64,000 nt of DNA from Amphiscolops sp. MND2022 (Eukaryota): the NCBI GenBank assembly GCA_964187785.1, contig OZ076409.1:87732001-87796000 (forward strand). The letters are read 5' to 3'. The notes below the pieces were generated by a model that ran no database searches, was not told the DNA's origin, and saw nothing but the letters and a program-made list of their open reading frames with translations. Numbering within the stretch: position 1 is the stretch's first letter; each line of letters begins with the position of its first letter. The position numbers and the translations under genes were made by a program. Positions 1 through 11,429 of this stretch are shown piece by piece.

Positions 1-2202
1 CAGGCCATATTCCAGCATTTTTTCACAAGTGCCTTGAGTGACATTGCCGAACAAGTTACCACCCAACAATGCTTCGCCATAGAGTTCGAGACTGCAGGCA
101 TTTACCGCTACATGACTGTCAAATTCTGGAAGGGCCATAAACTCTGCCGTGTCCTCATCTGTCGAAGTTCCCTTCCCGCAACTGATGTGACGGGTGAACT
201 TGGATCTCTGGCCCGGTTCTTGTCAGCGGTTTCGACCCAACCTGATGTGGTGGCATGTTCCGGTTGCCATGTTGACCTGGTGAAGACGATTGACCAGTCG
301 GACTACTTCCCGCAAGGGGTTCAAAGCTGTTTCCGCTTCGAGCAGCTGTCATTGCCCACCCTGATGCATAAGTCCAAGTACTCTGTTTTTGGCCAGATAG
401 ACTTCTTCTCTGTGCTCCAAGCTCTGATGGTGTCCTTAGGCGGTTGCCTCACAGAAGAATGGGCGCTGCGTAGCCCAGAGCTCACTAAGGTAAGTACACC
501 ATCTCCGTCCTTTTCCTATTAGTCGTAGAATGAGTAGTGTTGGTACAGTGTGATACAGTCCTCAACATTGAAATGGGTTTTTACAGGCAGTTGTCAGTTG
601 CAAGCTTGACATCCGGACCCTTCCAACTCTCTGTACAGAGCTTGTCAAGGAATGGAAACTCATCCTCCAGTACTTGACAGAACATGCCCCTATACAAGGA
701 GGTCAAGGAGTTCGCAGCAGGGTTAGACCTTATCTTATCCCTTTAATAATACTGTCAGATGGGTCCAGAGAGGGGGGGGGGGTTCTGGCTTCTTTTCCTT
801 GCTATGATACTGACGAACACTAACATAAGTGTTCTGTTTAAGGTACAGAGCTTCGAATGGTCCCTGATCTGTGACGAGTTTTTCGTCGTCAAGCTGGAGT
901 TCTTTAACAGGCTCACGAGTGACTGTAAGTATTTCACTTTAAGGTGAAAAGCTACGGTTTTGTTCCACTTTAGGCATTAAGCTTGTGTTTCCAGACGTGT
1001 CCAGTTTTCCCGTGAACCTCCAGCATAGACGTGATGCGTCCTTTTACCTTTGTGGGGAAGTCTGTCGGTTTCTGAGCCTGCTCTGTTCCCGCGTCTATAC
1101 CCCAGATACTGCCCCCTTGGCGAATGCTTGGTTCTTGCTGCTACGCTTCCAGACTAGTGAGGCCACCTTCTTGGATGGAGAGGAGTATCTGGTGCGACTG
1201 AAGCTTACCAACAAAGTGTCATCTGCCAGTAAAGCGAAGGCCGAAGGGATGCACTTTGGCAAGAAGTCGGAGCGCCCAGCAATCCTGGCAACTACTGAGA
1301 CTGTAAAGTCTGATTTCGTCAAGGACAGTCAGCAGTACGTGCAGCACCTCATTAATGAAGTTCTTCGGCAGACTGGGCTAACCACCAACATCGTGAAAGG
1401 GATGGCTACTTTTGATCCTTTCATTCTATTCAAGCGCCCTATGGACGTGGCCCTACGCCACTTTGACATCCTGTACAGTACCTTCTCCCTCCGTTCTTGG
1501 GTGTCCAGTACTAATGAGTCCTTGTGCCGGGATCAGTACATGCAGCTTCTCGATCATCTGCGGACAGCTTATAGCCCAGATTTCGACATTACTAGTGTCT
1601 CCTGTGATTTAATTGAGTTCTTGTCTGAGCTGGAGTTCCTTCGAGACCGTGACTGTTTGTTCTACCTGTTCAAACTGTGTTGTTTGTGTGCCACCACTGT
1701 CAGTCCTACATACCCTGATGTTACTTTCGGGACAGTTTCCACCGCTGGACGCCATAGCAGGTTAACTGACGTCATTCTTCCAGTTCAAAGTTATATGTCT
1801 AACGTGCGAGATGCAGTTGCTTTCTGCAGTGATGACAGAAATCTTGCCAGATTCATTGACTTTTCTTCTTCTTTCGGGCGTTCTGCATTTGCTCCCGATT
1901 ACGATCCTTGGAGCTACGTGGACACTTTTGGCCGTTCAAAGATATACAGGTCACTACTTGCTTCTTATCGTGTGGCTCTTTCTTCCCCTCAGAAGACTCT
2001 GGTCCGGATTGCGCCTGATGATATACATTCTGTAGCTGATACGTCCGCTGTGAAGGCTCCTTCCAGCACTAAACGGAGAAAGATGGAACGTCGCGCTTCC
2101 CGTTCATCTTCATCATCTGTCGTCGGAACTGATGAGCCTGGTTCCTCTAAAAACTACCTGTACATATGTATGTATGTACTTTTCAATTGTAAACTTTGTT
2201 AG
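1..2202 (+). CDS. 5'-truncated spliced gene, exons <1-489, 587-721, 843-924, 995-2202 (>630 aa), unknown function, possibly hAT-transposase-derived; convergent with Gypsy pol
   Basis: Three GT-AG introns (490-586 GTAAGT..TTACAG; 722-842 GTTAGA..TTTAAG with branch-like CACTAAC at 818-824; 925-994 GTAAGT..TTCCAG), phases 0, 0, 1, join ORFs 34-522, 759-947 and 985-2202 into one stop-free frame. Confidence 0.75.
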
Positions 2203-2388
2203 TTTCTTTGCCGTTTTGCTTGTTTATTCTTTGTTGTTTGTATCTCTCGATCCCTGTATTTATTCTTGTGTAAGGGATCCTTTGAATGCCCCACTATTTA
2301 TTTCAAGGAAAAAGGAATCAAAGGGGCCAGAAAAAGGAAAATGAAAAGATAAAAGAAAAGAATTCCCATTTCCGGGAAAATTCAATTC

Positions 2389-5300
2389 TTAGTATCTAAA
2401 GTCTTCTGAGTAGTTTGAGTTAGGGTTAGGCCTGAGATTATATTTCCCTCCCCTAGGGCTCAGACTTTCATTTCTAGCATCATTTTCAGATATTTCGGGC
2501 ACGATAATATCATCCCCCCTTTTCGGAGAATTTTGTGCGTCGTTTTCATTCGTGAAATTTCTTTCTGAAAGGATTTCATCATTTTCTGGTCTTTTATCCG
2601 GATCCGGTAAATTTTTTTCTTGGCTCTTGGGGTAAACGGCCGGATTCGGCCAATCAGATTCGCTGTTGCTAGCCGCTTCACTAGCTTCATTTCTTTTTGT
2701 GACGTCATAATTTAATCTATCATTCCGGCTCCGCGTTGCGTGGTCAGCGTAGTTTGTTTCGTCACTAGTGATTATGTAATCAGCGTCATTCTCGGTTACG
2801 TCATTTGTATTCGTTTCTGCCGTATTCGGTCGTTCGCCATTCGGCATGCTGGTCGGAATAGTCTCGTTGCCTCGTGTAGCTAGCTGCTCGCCAAAGTCGG
2901 TTTCCCACGTTATGACGTATAAATCATCTTGCGGAATGACAATTTCTTCATCTGGCTGCAACTGTTGTTCTCGGAAATTATCCTCAAGCGGTTGATTAGG
3001 GACAAACTTTTTAAGGCGAATTCGATGTAATATTTGAGTCTTGTTTGTGTTGATTCGTCTCACAATATAATTTTCGTTAGGTAAAACTTTTTGGACTATA
3101 AATGGTCCAACCCACCGATAATCGCGGAATGGAATTTTTGATCCTTGATTGTCCGCTTTCGGCTGTAAGACAAAACAGTATTCGTTCTCCTTTAGTGGAG
3201 CGGCTTTTGCTTTGCGGTCGTAATATTCTTTGTACTTGATATACGACTGCATAATGTTCTGCTTCGTTTTGTCGATCAGGATTTTTGTCCGGTGTTGGAT
3301 TTCTTCAGCAAATTCGGTTGTGGGGTTATTTTGCTCGTTTGGATTATTTCCAAGCTTGTGATCCAAAATATTAAATGGAATTCTTCCATGAAATACTCTC
3401 GTTGGCTCACAACCGATGCTGGCGTGGTAAGTAGTATTATGATTCAGTACTGCTAATGGCAAGTATTTGTGCCATTGCCGGCGATATTCTCCACATGCCA
3501 TTTTGAGATTTGTTTTTAATGAGGCATGAATTCGCTTTAATTTCCCAATTGTCTGCGGGTGTTTCGTCGTTGCACATTTGAGTGTAATGCCCAAAATCTG
3601 CGTAACTTCCGCGATAATTGTAGAAGTAAATGCAGTACCTTTGTCGGTGATAAGAGTCGTTGGTAGATATGAGTGTTTAGTCATAATGTCAATGAGCGCT
3701 TTTGCTACATTGATCGCTGATGCGTCCGTAAGGGGATAGACAAACAATTATCTGGAGAATACATCAATCGCTGTTAGGACGTTTTCATATCCTCCACTTG
3801 GGGGAAGATTCGGCAATAGGTCGATCTGCATGGCGTCTTCAGGTCCAAGGTCCCATTCGGGCAAATTGAGTTTTTCAGGTGTGATCGTTGCATTGGGGAC
3901 TCGTTTGTCCTTTGCGCATTGTTCACAACCTTCTACCCATTTTTTGACGTGTTTAGCCATGCTGGGGTGGTAATACCTCTGTCGAATTTCCTGCAACATT
4001 TTTGAGATACCAGGATGTTTATGCGCTGTCCCATGGAGGGACTGAAGCAATTCCAGGAGTAGGTGTTGCGGGAGCAGAATTTGATGGTATTTGACATTCC
4101 CTGTTTCGTCAAAATATTGCCTTGTCAGGATTTCGTCCTCTAGTACAATTCGTTCCAGATTGTTTGCGTAGTGTCTATATCGGGCATCCTGGTGCAGTAG
4201 ATTTTCTGAATACTCTTCATGAAGCAGTTTTGCTTTCAATTGTTGTAGTACCGCATCTTTGGATTGCTCGATAATGATCTGGTTCGTTTTCCTCAATGGG
4301 ACTTGTATATCGGGGTGTTGTTTGACCAGATTTGTTGACAGAGTTTGTATAGTAACAGTGGGCTCATCAGTTGCTGGATTTTTCCTGATTGCTTCTTTTC
4401 TTGCCCAAAACTGTTCTTCTGTCTCATCGTCGTCATTGGTGTAGAAGATTTGTTCTTCTTGCGACACCCCTGCGGATTGGACGTTGATTTCGTATGGTAG
4501 TGTCTGTACATCTTCACGAATTTTCATCACCAATTTGTCCTTCGGATCTGCTTCTAATCGGGACAAATAGTCGGCAGCTGTGTTTTGTGCCCCTGGGATG
4601 TGTGCTATGACAAAATTGAATTGAATGACATAATCACACGCGTTCCACAGGGCTGGGGGTATTATTTTCGTTTGGAAAAATCTCGTGACAGCTTTGTTGT
4701 CCGTAAGGATGATGACCGGTTTCGGCGCACCCCAGAAGTTATGTCCGAATTCGTTGAATGCAAAATAAATTGCAAGGAATTCCTTAGCGTGAATTGACAT
4801 CTTTATCTGCGCTGGGGTGAAAGTTTTTGATCCATATGCTACTGGTGCATATGATTTTCTGAGTGACGTATATTTCTGGCTTGGGTCGTCTTCGATTAGG
4901 ACCGCGTATCCGGCTGCACCAAAACTTGCATCAGTCATTAGTGCTATTTGTTTGTTCGGAATGGGTTGTTGTAGGGCCAAGTCGCAACATTTGTCTAGCG
5001 CTCTATTGATTTCTTCGAATTGTTGGACTAATTCTTTCGATACTAGGACCTTTTCGTCACTTTTGAGCATCTTGTAGAATGGAGCAAGGCGTTCGGAGAG
5101 TCTTGGGACATAATTCCTGTAGTAGTTTAGGAATCCCAAATAGCGCTGTAAAGCCTCTTTCGACTTCGGGAATTTAGTCTTTTCCAGAAAGTTTTGCACA
5201 TTCTGTTTCTGGGGTTTGACGCCTTGTGGGGTAATAGTCCGTCCGAGAAAATCGATTTCTTTTGCACCGAAATGACATTTGTGCATTGTTAACTTAAGGC

Positions 5301-7602
5301 CTGCTTCCTGAATGCATTTGAATGTAGCTCTCAGGTTCGTCATGAGGTGGTCAACATCATTGGCTGCGATGCCGATATCGTCCACATACTGGGCGCACTG
5401 ATCCGCTTTGATGACTTTGTCGAGGTATTCCCTCATGAAACTCGAGAATGCGGATAGTGACCGGCTAAGGCCTTGTGCCAAACGTCTGTAGGCGAATGTG
5501 CGACTGGCAAAATTGAAAGCCAACATTTCGATTGAACGTTGGTCAGCCATTGGTAGACAGTGGTATGCCTGCGAACAGTCTAATTTACAGAACAGTTTTT
5601 TGCCTGCCAAGTGTTGGGCGGCATCAACTAGTGTACTGACGGGATGATTGTTGTTGATATAATCATCCGAGATGAGGTTGTTGATTTTTCTCAAATCAAC
5701 CAAGAGTCGGAGTTTTCCGTTCGGTTTCTTTTGTGCGAATATTGGACTCGCATATTTCGAGAACGGTAGGGTGGTGATGATGCCATATATGTGTAACATG
5801 GCTAATTCGACTAGGATGTCCTCCTTCAGATTGATAGGAGCTGGAAGGCTTTGGCTATAGGCTGGGGAATCGTCTTTAGGTGTCAGTTTCACCTTGAAGT
5901 CCTCATTCATGCCTATATCAAATCGGTGTCGTGCAAAGATGTCATGGAATTCCACTAACAATTCTTCTATTTTCTCCTTCTCTTCAGGAGTAAGGGTGGA
6001 ATCTTTCCAATCGAAGTTTTCTAAGAATTTTGCACGTGATTCTGCATCTTTGGTGGGGTCAAGTGTCTCTAGGTCTTGTAAGGCCTGTAATTCTCGAAGG
6101 ATTCGTTTTTGTATAGGTGTGTGTTCCTCCGGATTTCCAGGATTTTCTGGAGTTGGGAACCAATAATTTTCAGAATTTTGCGGATTTCTGTTGGTCTTGA
6201 TGAGACTGCTGACATAGTGGGCTGCCTGCTCCTGGTCATTCTGTAGAAGGTGCCAGGTTGATGCCGGATCTACCGGTTTGACATACTTCATCTGTTCTGG
6301 TGTCATGACAGAGAAATTGGCAATATGAAGTCCCTTTTTGAGTTTATAAGGGTGGTCTGTGAAATTGTTCACTGGTATCAATTTTTTGCCGTCATTCAGA
6401 GTGACCAAAGTTGGGCAAATTGTGATGTCGCCTTCTTCGTGTAAAAGGTCGCTCGGTTGCAAAATTCCAGTGACAGCATTCTCAGGGTAGAGTAGGGAAT
6501 TGGTCCTGATTAGGACTTTATCATTTGGTGGAATAGTTATCTCCGTAGGGTTGAGAATTGGTTCCAATACATTTGAATATTTATGGTCAGCGGTTTTGAG
6601 CTGCATCGAAAAGAACGGGAAATTCAGTATCCCTTGTCTCATGTCCAGCGCTGTATGGTTTCTTTGAAGGAACATTAGTCCAATGATCGGACCTGTCAGA
6701 TGTTCCATCTCTGTGAAGATTTCATGGAACTCAATGTCACCAACTTCGAATTTGAGCTCGATGGTACTCTTAGGAGTTTCCAGTTGCCCATTAGCGACCA
6801 TGATTTGGAAATTCGGAGGCGGACCTTCCCGGATAACGGATTGTGGAGATAAAAGTCGAATTTTCCGGAGGTCCATTTCAGGAATTGCACTGGACAGCGC
6901 TCCAGTGTCAATAAGTCCATCTATGGTCAATTCCCCAAAGTCCATTGGGAAATACAACATGCGTTTTTTGCACTTGAGGTTGATGTTGGTTGACAGGGGT
7001 ATACAGTCTGGTTCACCGTCTCTCGTGATTAAGACATTTTGGAACTGTTTTTCGTCTAGCAATGATTGTGGTATGGGTTCAACATTGCTGTCATGGGTCT
7101 CAGTCCCCAATGGGTTTGGGAACACTGGATGGTTTGTGCCATCATTCATTTGCCAGTTTTCAATTAGTGCTCTTGTTTTCTTGTTATGGGTAATTGGAGG
7201 GTTCTCGTGGGCTGTTCTATTATAATGTTCAATGTCGTCCAGAACATATTGGAATTGCAGTAAATCTTGGTTGTAAAGCTCGGTGTCCCAGTAGGGATCT
7301 CTGCCGTAGTCTGGATCGATGTATGTCGGATTGTAATCATCGATTAGGGGAATGGGCCTGAAGCGGGTGGTGAATGTAGTGGTGTAATCAGGGTCCCAAA
7401 CAGGAATTGGTTTCTGGAATAAATGGGTGTTATTGTAGGTGATTATGGTAGCTTTTTCCATCTGTTGCTGCCAGACAACAGAGGGATAGCCCATCAATTG
7501 CTGATTGTATTGGTGGAAAGTTTGCGTTGGAGGGTCCGATCTGATGTATTGTCGGACAGATATTAGTTCGTTATATTGGAGTCGTGGCGAAGTTAGTTTT
7601 TT
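2389..7602 (-). pseudogene. pol: Pol polyprotein (protease, dUTPase-like insert, RT, RNase H, integrase) with one in-frame stop at 3748-3750
   Basis: LIDTGA protease, YVDD RT, LMTDAS/TDNKA/ADYLSR RNase H, HGTAHKH..CEQC zinc finger, IDLLP and TDKG integrase core; ORFs 3748-7497 and 2389-3747 are in one frame, split by TAA (FSR*LFVYP). Confidence 0.92.
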
Positions 7603-9287
7603 GACTCATCATGTTGATATGAGGATTGGGAGCCCGATGATGTCGGTTTGGTCTGAGGTTTCTGAGCCTTTGGATTGGGCTTATTCTCAGTTGAGTCCTC
7701 AGGTCTAGTGCGTTTGGGTTTAAGATGTGCACCAGCACCTTGCCAACATCGTTCTTCCGGGTGGTTCTTATTGCCACAAGTGCCACACTCCGGGTAAGTT
7801 TTCTTCTGCGTCGACTTGCCTTGTTGGGCATCTTTTTCTTTTTTCTTTTTCAGTTTTTCGCAGTCCTTGACCATGTGGCCCTTTTCCTTGCAGTAATTGC
7901 AAGTGATATCGGACAGTTGCCCTGTGGACAGAGGAGTTTTAGGTTTTGTAGTCGAGGAGGTCATTGTGGCCATTGGTAGGTCATCTGATTCCTCGAGGGC
8001 GTTAAGCTCCAATTCTCTCTCCAAATGAGCAACGATCTCATCGTATGAGCCATTTTCTAACCTGGCCATGTTGACGGACCGCTTCAGTTTTGGTGGCAGT
8101 TTTGCGTAGAGCAAGCTGTCAATCATTTTCTGTGCATTGTCACCAAATGCCTTCTCGGCTCCCTGGTTTAGTTCTTCGAGAAAATCAGGCAGCTTCATCG
8201 TATTGGGATCGAAGACTAGACGGTGCCATTTATGTTTGGCAGTCGCTTGTGACTCGGGTTTGACGTATTTCCGTCTAAAGATGACTAGTACGTCCTCTAG
8301 AGTTTGTCGGTTGCTTGAGCTGATATTTCTGAACGTCTGAAGAGCATTCTTCCTCAATAAAGAGTGGAAGTGATTGATCTTCATTTGCTCAGTCATTTCT
8401 GGCTGCATCTTGATCATAGTGTGAAATAGGTCTTCGAACAGCTCGAATTTCTCACTTTTGCCATCAAAGGTCATGGTGTTTGAGTTGACTGGGCGTATGG
8501 TGAATTGTTGGGCTGTCGGTCTATTTTGCATTGTAGTCAAGACGTCTGCCAGTCGGGTGATGGGGTCGGAGTCAGCAGCCGTAGCGATTCTCTCTTGTGC
8601 TGGGATCGTCGTGTCGAGGTTGATGTCCTCAAAGGACCTGTCGAGATGATTTCGGGATGAGATGCGTCCTGTGAGAAACTCAGGAACTTGATTTGGAGAT
8701 TCGTTGTCTCCTGTCACCATGTCATGAACATTTCGATGTGATGTGTCTTCATGTTCACTATTAAGAGTATTTTTAGTCTTCACGTTGTACTGAACTTCGG
8801 GGTAACTTTCCGGTCTCTCATCAGATCTCTCCCACCTCATTCTAGTCTCTTGTCCTGAACCGGCCATAATAACGTTTTGAATCTGGGGCAAAACCTGGTT
8901 ATTGATGGCATCATTTATGGCTCTCTGGATCTGAGAACTGACACTATTCATCACCTCATCCATCTCTCTAGATATTCTAGAGTTCAATTCACTTGACAGC
9001 TTATTGATCTCAGCTTGTGAGTCTATGCTTGCTGAATTTTGGCCGTAATTAGCACTGGTCCCAACTCCAAGGTTTCTATGATCAGAATGAGAATTCATTA
9101 CTTCACTTTCCAAGTTATTACTTGTAATACTTTCCTGTCTCCTAATAGAAGTTCCATCGAGACTTCTGTCCCTTTCTGTATCATTAAAGTGGTTTTCACC
9201 TAACATTATGTCAAGGTTTTCAATGTCAGAGAGAATTTCTAATCCTCTAGATTTCCTTGCTTTCTTTGGCTTTCTCGTGGTAGGCAT
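7593..9287 (-). CDS. gag: Gag polyprotein, 564 aa, with two CCHC zinc knuckles
   Basis: Intact ORF; CNYCKEKGHMVKDC and CGTCGNKNHPEERC knuckles; capsid-like FDGKSEKFELFEDLF region; directly upstream of pol. Confidence 0.9.
   Translation of the reverse strand: MPTTRKPKKARKSRGLEILSDIENLDIMLGENHFNDTERDRSLDGTSIRRQESITSNNLESEVMNSHSDHRNLGVGTSANYGQNSASIDSQAEINKLSSELNSRISREMDEVMNSVSSQIQRAINDAINNQVLPQIQNVIMAGSGQETRMRWERSDERPESYPEVQYNVKTKNTLNSEHEDTSHRNVHDMVTGDNESPNQVPEFLTGRISSRNHLDRSFEDINLDTTIPAQERIATAADSDPITRLADVLTTMQNRPTAQQFTIRPVNSNTMTFDGKSEKFELFEDLFHTMIKMQPEMTEQMKINHFHSLLRKNALQTFRNISSSNRQTLEDVLVIFRRKYVKPESQATAKHKWHRLVFDPNTMKLPDFLEELNQGAEKAFGDNAQKMIDSLLYAKLPPKLKRSVNMARLENGSYDEIVAHLERELELNALEESDDLPMATMTSSTTKPKTPLSTGQLSDITCNYCKEKGHMVKDCEKLKKKKEKDAQQGKSTQKKTYPECGTCGNKNHPEERCWQGAGAHLKPKRTRPEDSTENKPNPKAQKPQTKPTSSGSQSSYQHDESKN
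7596..7602 (-). promoter_or_regulatory. -1 ribosomal frameshift slippery heptamer A AAA AAC (gag-pol)
   Basis: Minus strand GAG TCA AAA AAC TAA ends gag; the -1 frame reads KKLTSPRLQYNELISVRQYIRSDPPTQTFHQYNQQLMGYP without a stop into the pol ORF. Confidence 0.75.
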
Positions 9288-10546
9288 TAAGACAGAACCG
9301 GGTTGAATAATTCAATTATCAAAACCGGAAAACTGACAAAAGTCGTTGTATTAATTCAATCTTTATCAAAGTAAAGGTATGGGATTAGTGATCTTTTTTA
9401 CAGGAATATAGCTATATATACTCCTAAAAAGATGACACTCACATTCCACAAATTCTTTGATCAAGAAAACATCATATAACTATGGCCTCAACGGGTCATG
9501 TGACAAGTGTTATTACAGCATCGGTTAGGGTGTTCAACACTTCAAAGCAGATATTTTAGGGTGATGTCCCGATTGGGAAAATTCCTAATTTCAGGATAGT
9601 CCTTAGGAATTCAACATCAAAAGAATGATATTTAAAAGGGTACACAAGCAGCACCTTCAAGTGTCATGTTTATAAACATCATCAACATTATCCTGTCAAC
9701 AAATACCAATGTCTATTGAAGGAATGCAAAAGGCATCTCTTCGGAATGTGCTTGTGACACGCGTTACCACGCGCTTATTATTCAACGTGAGTAGGAACTA
9801 GATTAAATATTACATGATCAGTTCTGCTTAAAAAAATACAGCAATATTAAAATAACACACTTTCTGACAATGCCGAAAATGGACAAATCCGTTTTATTAA
9901 TACAGCACTATAATAAAAGAGGGTAAAAGCCTTATTCGGCTTTTGAGTGAGTACTAGATTTATTAAGCTCGTTGCGCGGCATTGGGGTTTTCATTCATTA
10001 TTAAGAGTACATTTACAGTAATTTACGATTAGTACACCCAATTAACACACATACAGGCTATTCCAACGAAGTGGCCGGAATCGGCCGTTTGACTAAAAGG
10101 CACAATTATTGAGTCAAGTGGCCATACTCCGCCATTACATAATCAGAGTGGTATTACTTATAGAAAAGGAGCAACGTGATTGGCTAAGGAGTTGAGCTCA
10201 AGTGACGTCTCCGGAATAGGAGTTTCGTTCACTTGAACTCGTTTCCTTTCTACTGCATAGCTACATTGTCACGTATTACGTTTACAATAGCAAAGCGCTT
10301 TTCAATCTTTTGAAGTTACAAATACACTATTTGAATCTTCAAATGTGACTTTTAACAGACTAATTTTACATTTGCAAGTATATATATATATCAAAACTAA
10401 CAACATTAACAAACATATCATGTATTGAATAACAAAACAGCATGAAAGTTCTAAGTTTGTAAATTATCCCGATTAATAAATGGGTAATGTTCCGGGTACG
10501 AATTCCTGTCCAGTTGCCGACGTTGTCACACTCGTACCGTCACAGG

Positions 10547-10564
10547 CGGCACCCTGCGACACCA
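10547..10564 (-). promoter_or_regulatory. Candidate primer-binding site (TGGTGTCGCAGGGTGCCG)
   Basis: Starts with TGG (complement of tRNA CCA), ~1.28 kb upstream of gag, at the point where element-like sequence stops; cognate tRNA not identified. Confidence 0.4.
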
Positions 10565-10638
10565 GTTGTAGAAAAAGTGGTTTTCGAGTCTTTTTGAGCC
10601 TTAGATATGGCGCCGACCTGGGCCGTTCCCGGCTTGTT
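10565..10638 (+). repeat. 3' end fragment of dispersed Helentron/DINE-1-like family A
   Basis: TTTTTGAGCCTTAGATATGGCGCCGAC(C/T)TGGGCCGTTCCCGGCTTGTT; near-identical ends at ~28472, ~46333 and ~46779, diverged copy at ~32408. Confidence 0.7.
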
Positions 10639-10757
10639 TAGATTTCCTGGTGGGGAGATTTTTCTGTAGAATGTCCAATGATGCGAACAGGCCCTAGTGC
10701 TTCTAGTAATTCATCGCAAGGTGGACAAAAATCGCAGTTAAACAAGGAAGAAACATC

Positions 10758-11429
10758 TCAAGTTGGCTCCACAGAATCATAACAACCAATTTGGGACCTG
10801 TCGTAACCTTCTTCCTCACTATAGTTAGAATCAAATGAATTCTGCCTAAAGTGAGTTTCCTGGTTACTACCTATTGTAATAAATCCAGGAAAGTTTCCTG
10901 TATTGTTTTGTTTTACTTTGCTGCCGTTCATCTGACTCATGGTCATGATCCTGGGCAACTGACTAGTCATATGCGGATGCCGTCCATCTGACCGAAGGTC
11001 CCATTTTGCACATCTAGCTCCTTCGTTGACTCCTACTACGTTCCTAATGGTAGGTAACACCTTTTCTTCAATTGTTGCGTTCAATACCTCTAATATGTGA
11101 GAGTTTAAGTCAGATTTGATTTCCTCAAATCTCCTTGACATTTGAGTGGAAATTTCTGAGTTGATTGCTCTTCTGGTCTCAACAGTAATTTCACTGTTCA
11201 TACTCATATTTGCGTTGAGTGATGACCTAACGTTTTCTGCATTAAAAATCAGTATTTTCTCGACGCCTTCTGGACTCTAGGTCCGTTTCTAACTCACTAT
11301 TATTTTCACGTTCAACTAGTTCATTCCTTGTATAAGAAACAAACATGACATCAAGATTTTCTACATCTGACATTACGTCTGACTGCCCACTCGTTTCTCT
11401 CTAGCTTTTTGCTTTCTAGTAGAAGGCAT
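10758..11429 (-). pseudogene. Degenerate N-terminal gag fragment of a related Gypsy family
   Basis: Minus strand begins MPSTRKQKAREKR..DVENLDVM (frameshifted) versus MPTTRKPKKARK..DIENLDIML in the main gag; ORF 10758-11207 (RAINSEIS..VLPTIRN) parallels RAINDAIN..VLPQIQN. Confidence 0.7.

Larger units (their letters stand above)
2389..10564 (-). mobile_element. Ty3/Gypsy LTR retrotransposon internal region (candidate PBS, long 5' leader, gag, pol); LTRs not visible in window
   Basis: Domain order gag-PR-RT-RH-IN is diagnostic of Ty3/Gypsy; the 5' end runs into a dispersed repeat at ~10565. Confidence 0.92.

Noticed and set aside
759..842. Hydrophobic MGPERGGGFWLLFLAMIL as a signal peptide, or a G-run frameshift
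   Set aside because: Falls inside predicted intron 722-842; splicing keeps the frame without it
985..2202. env gene downstream of pol
   Set aside because: Opposite strand, spliced, and no clear signal peptide, furin-site/fusion-peptide pair or TM anchor
2203..2388. 3' LTR of the Gypsy element
   Set aside because: No PPT followed by TG on the minus strand and no matching repeat near 10565; the TGTAAGG at ~2269 remains a possible junction
3748..3750. Programmed stop readthrough in pol
   Set aside because: TAA lies mid-integrase at an expected Tyr and co-occurs with a likely catalytic E-to-K change; decay is simpler
4259..8649. Plus-strand ORFs overlapping gag and pol (e.g. 6683-7225)
   Set aside because: Antisense shadows of long coding sequence with no independent motifs
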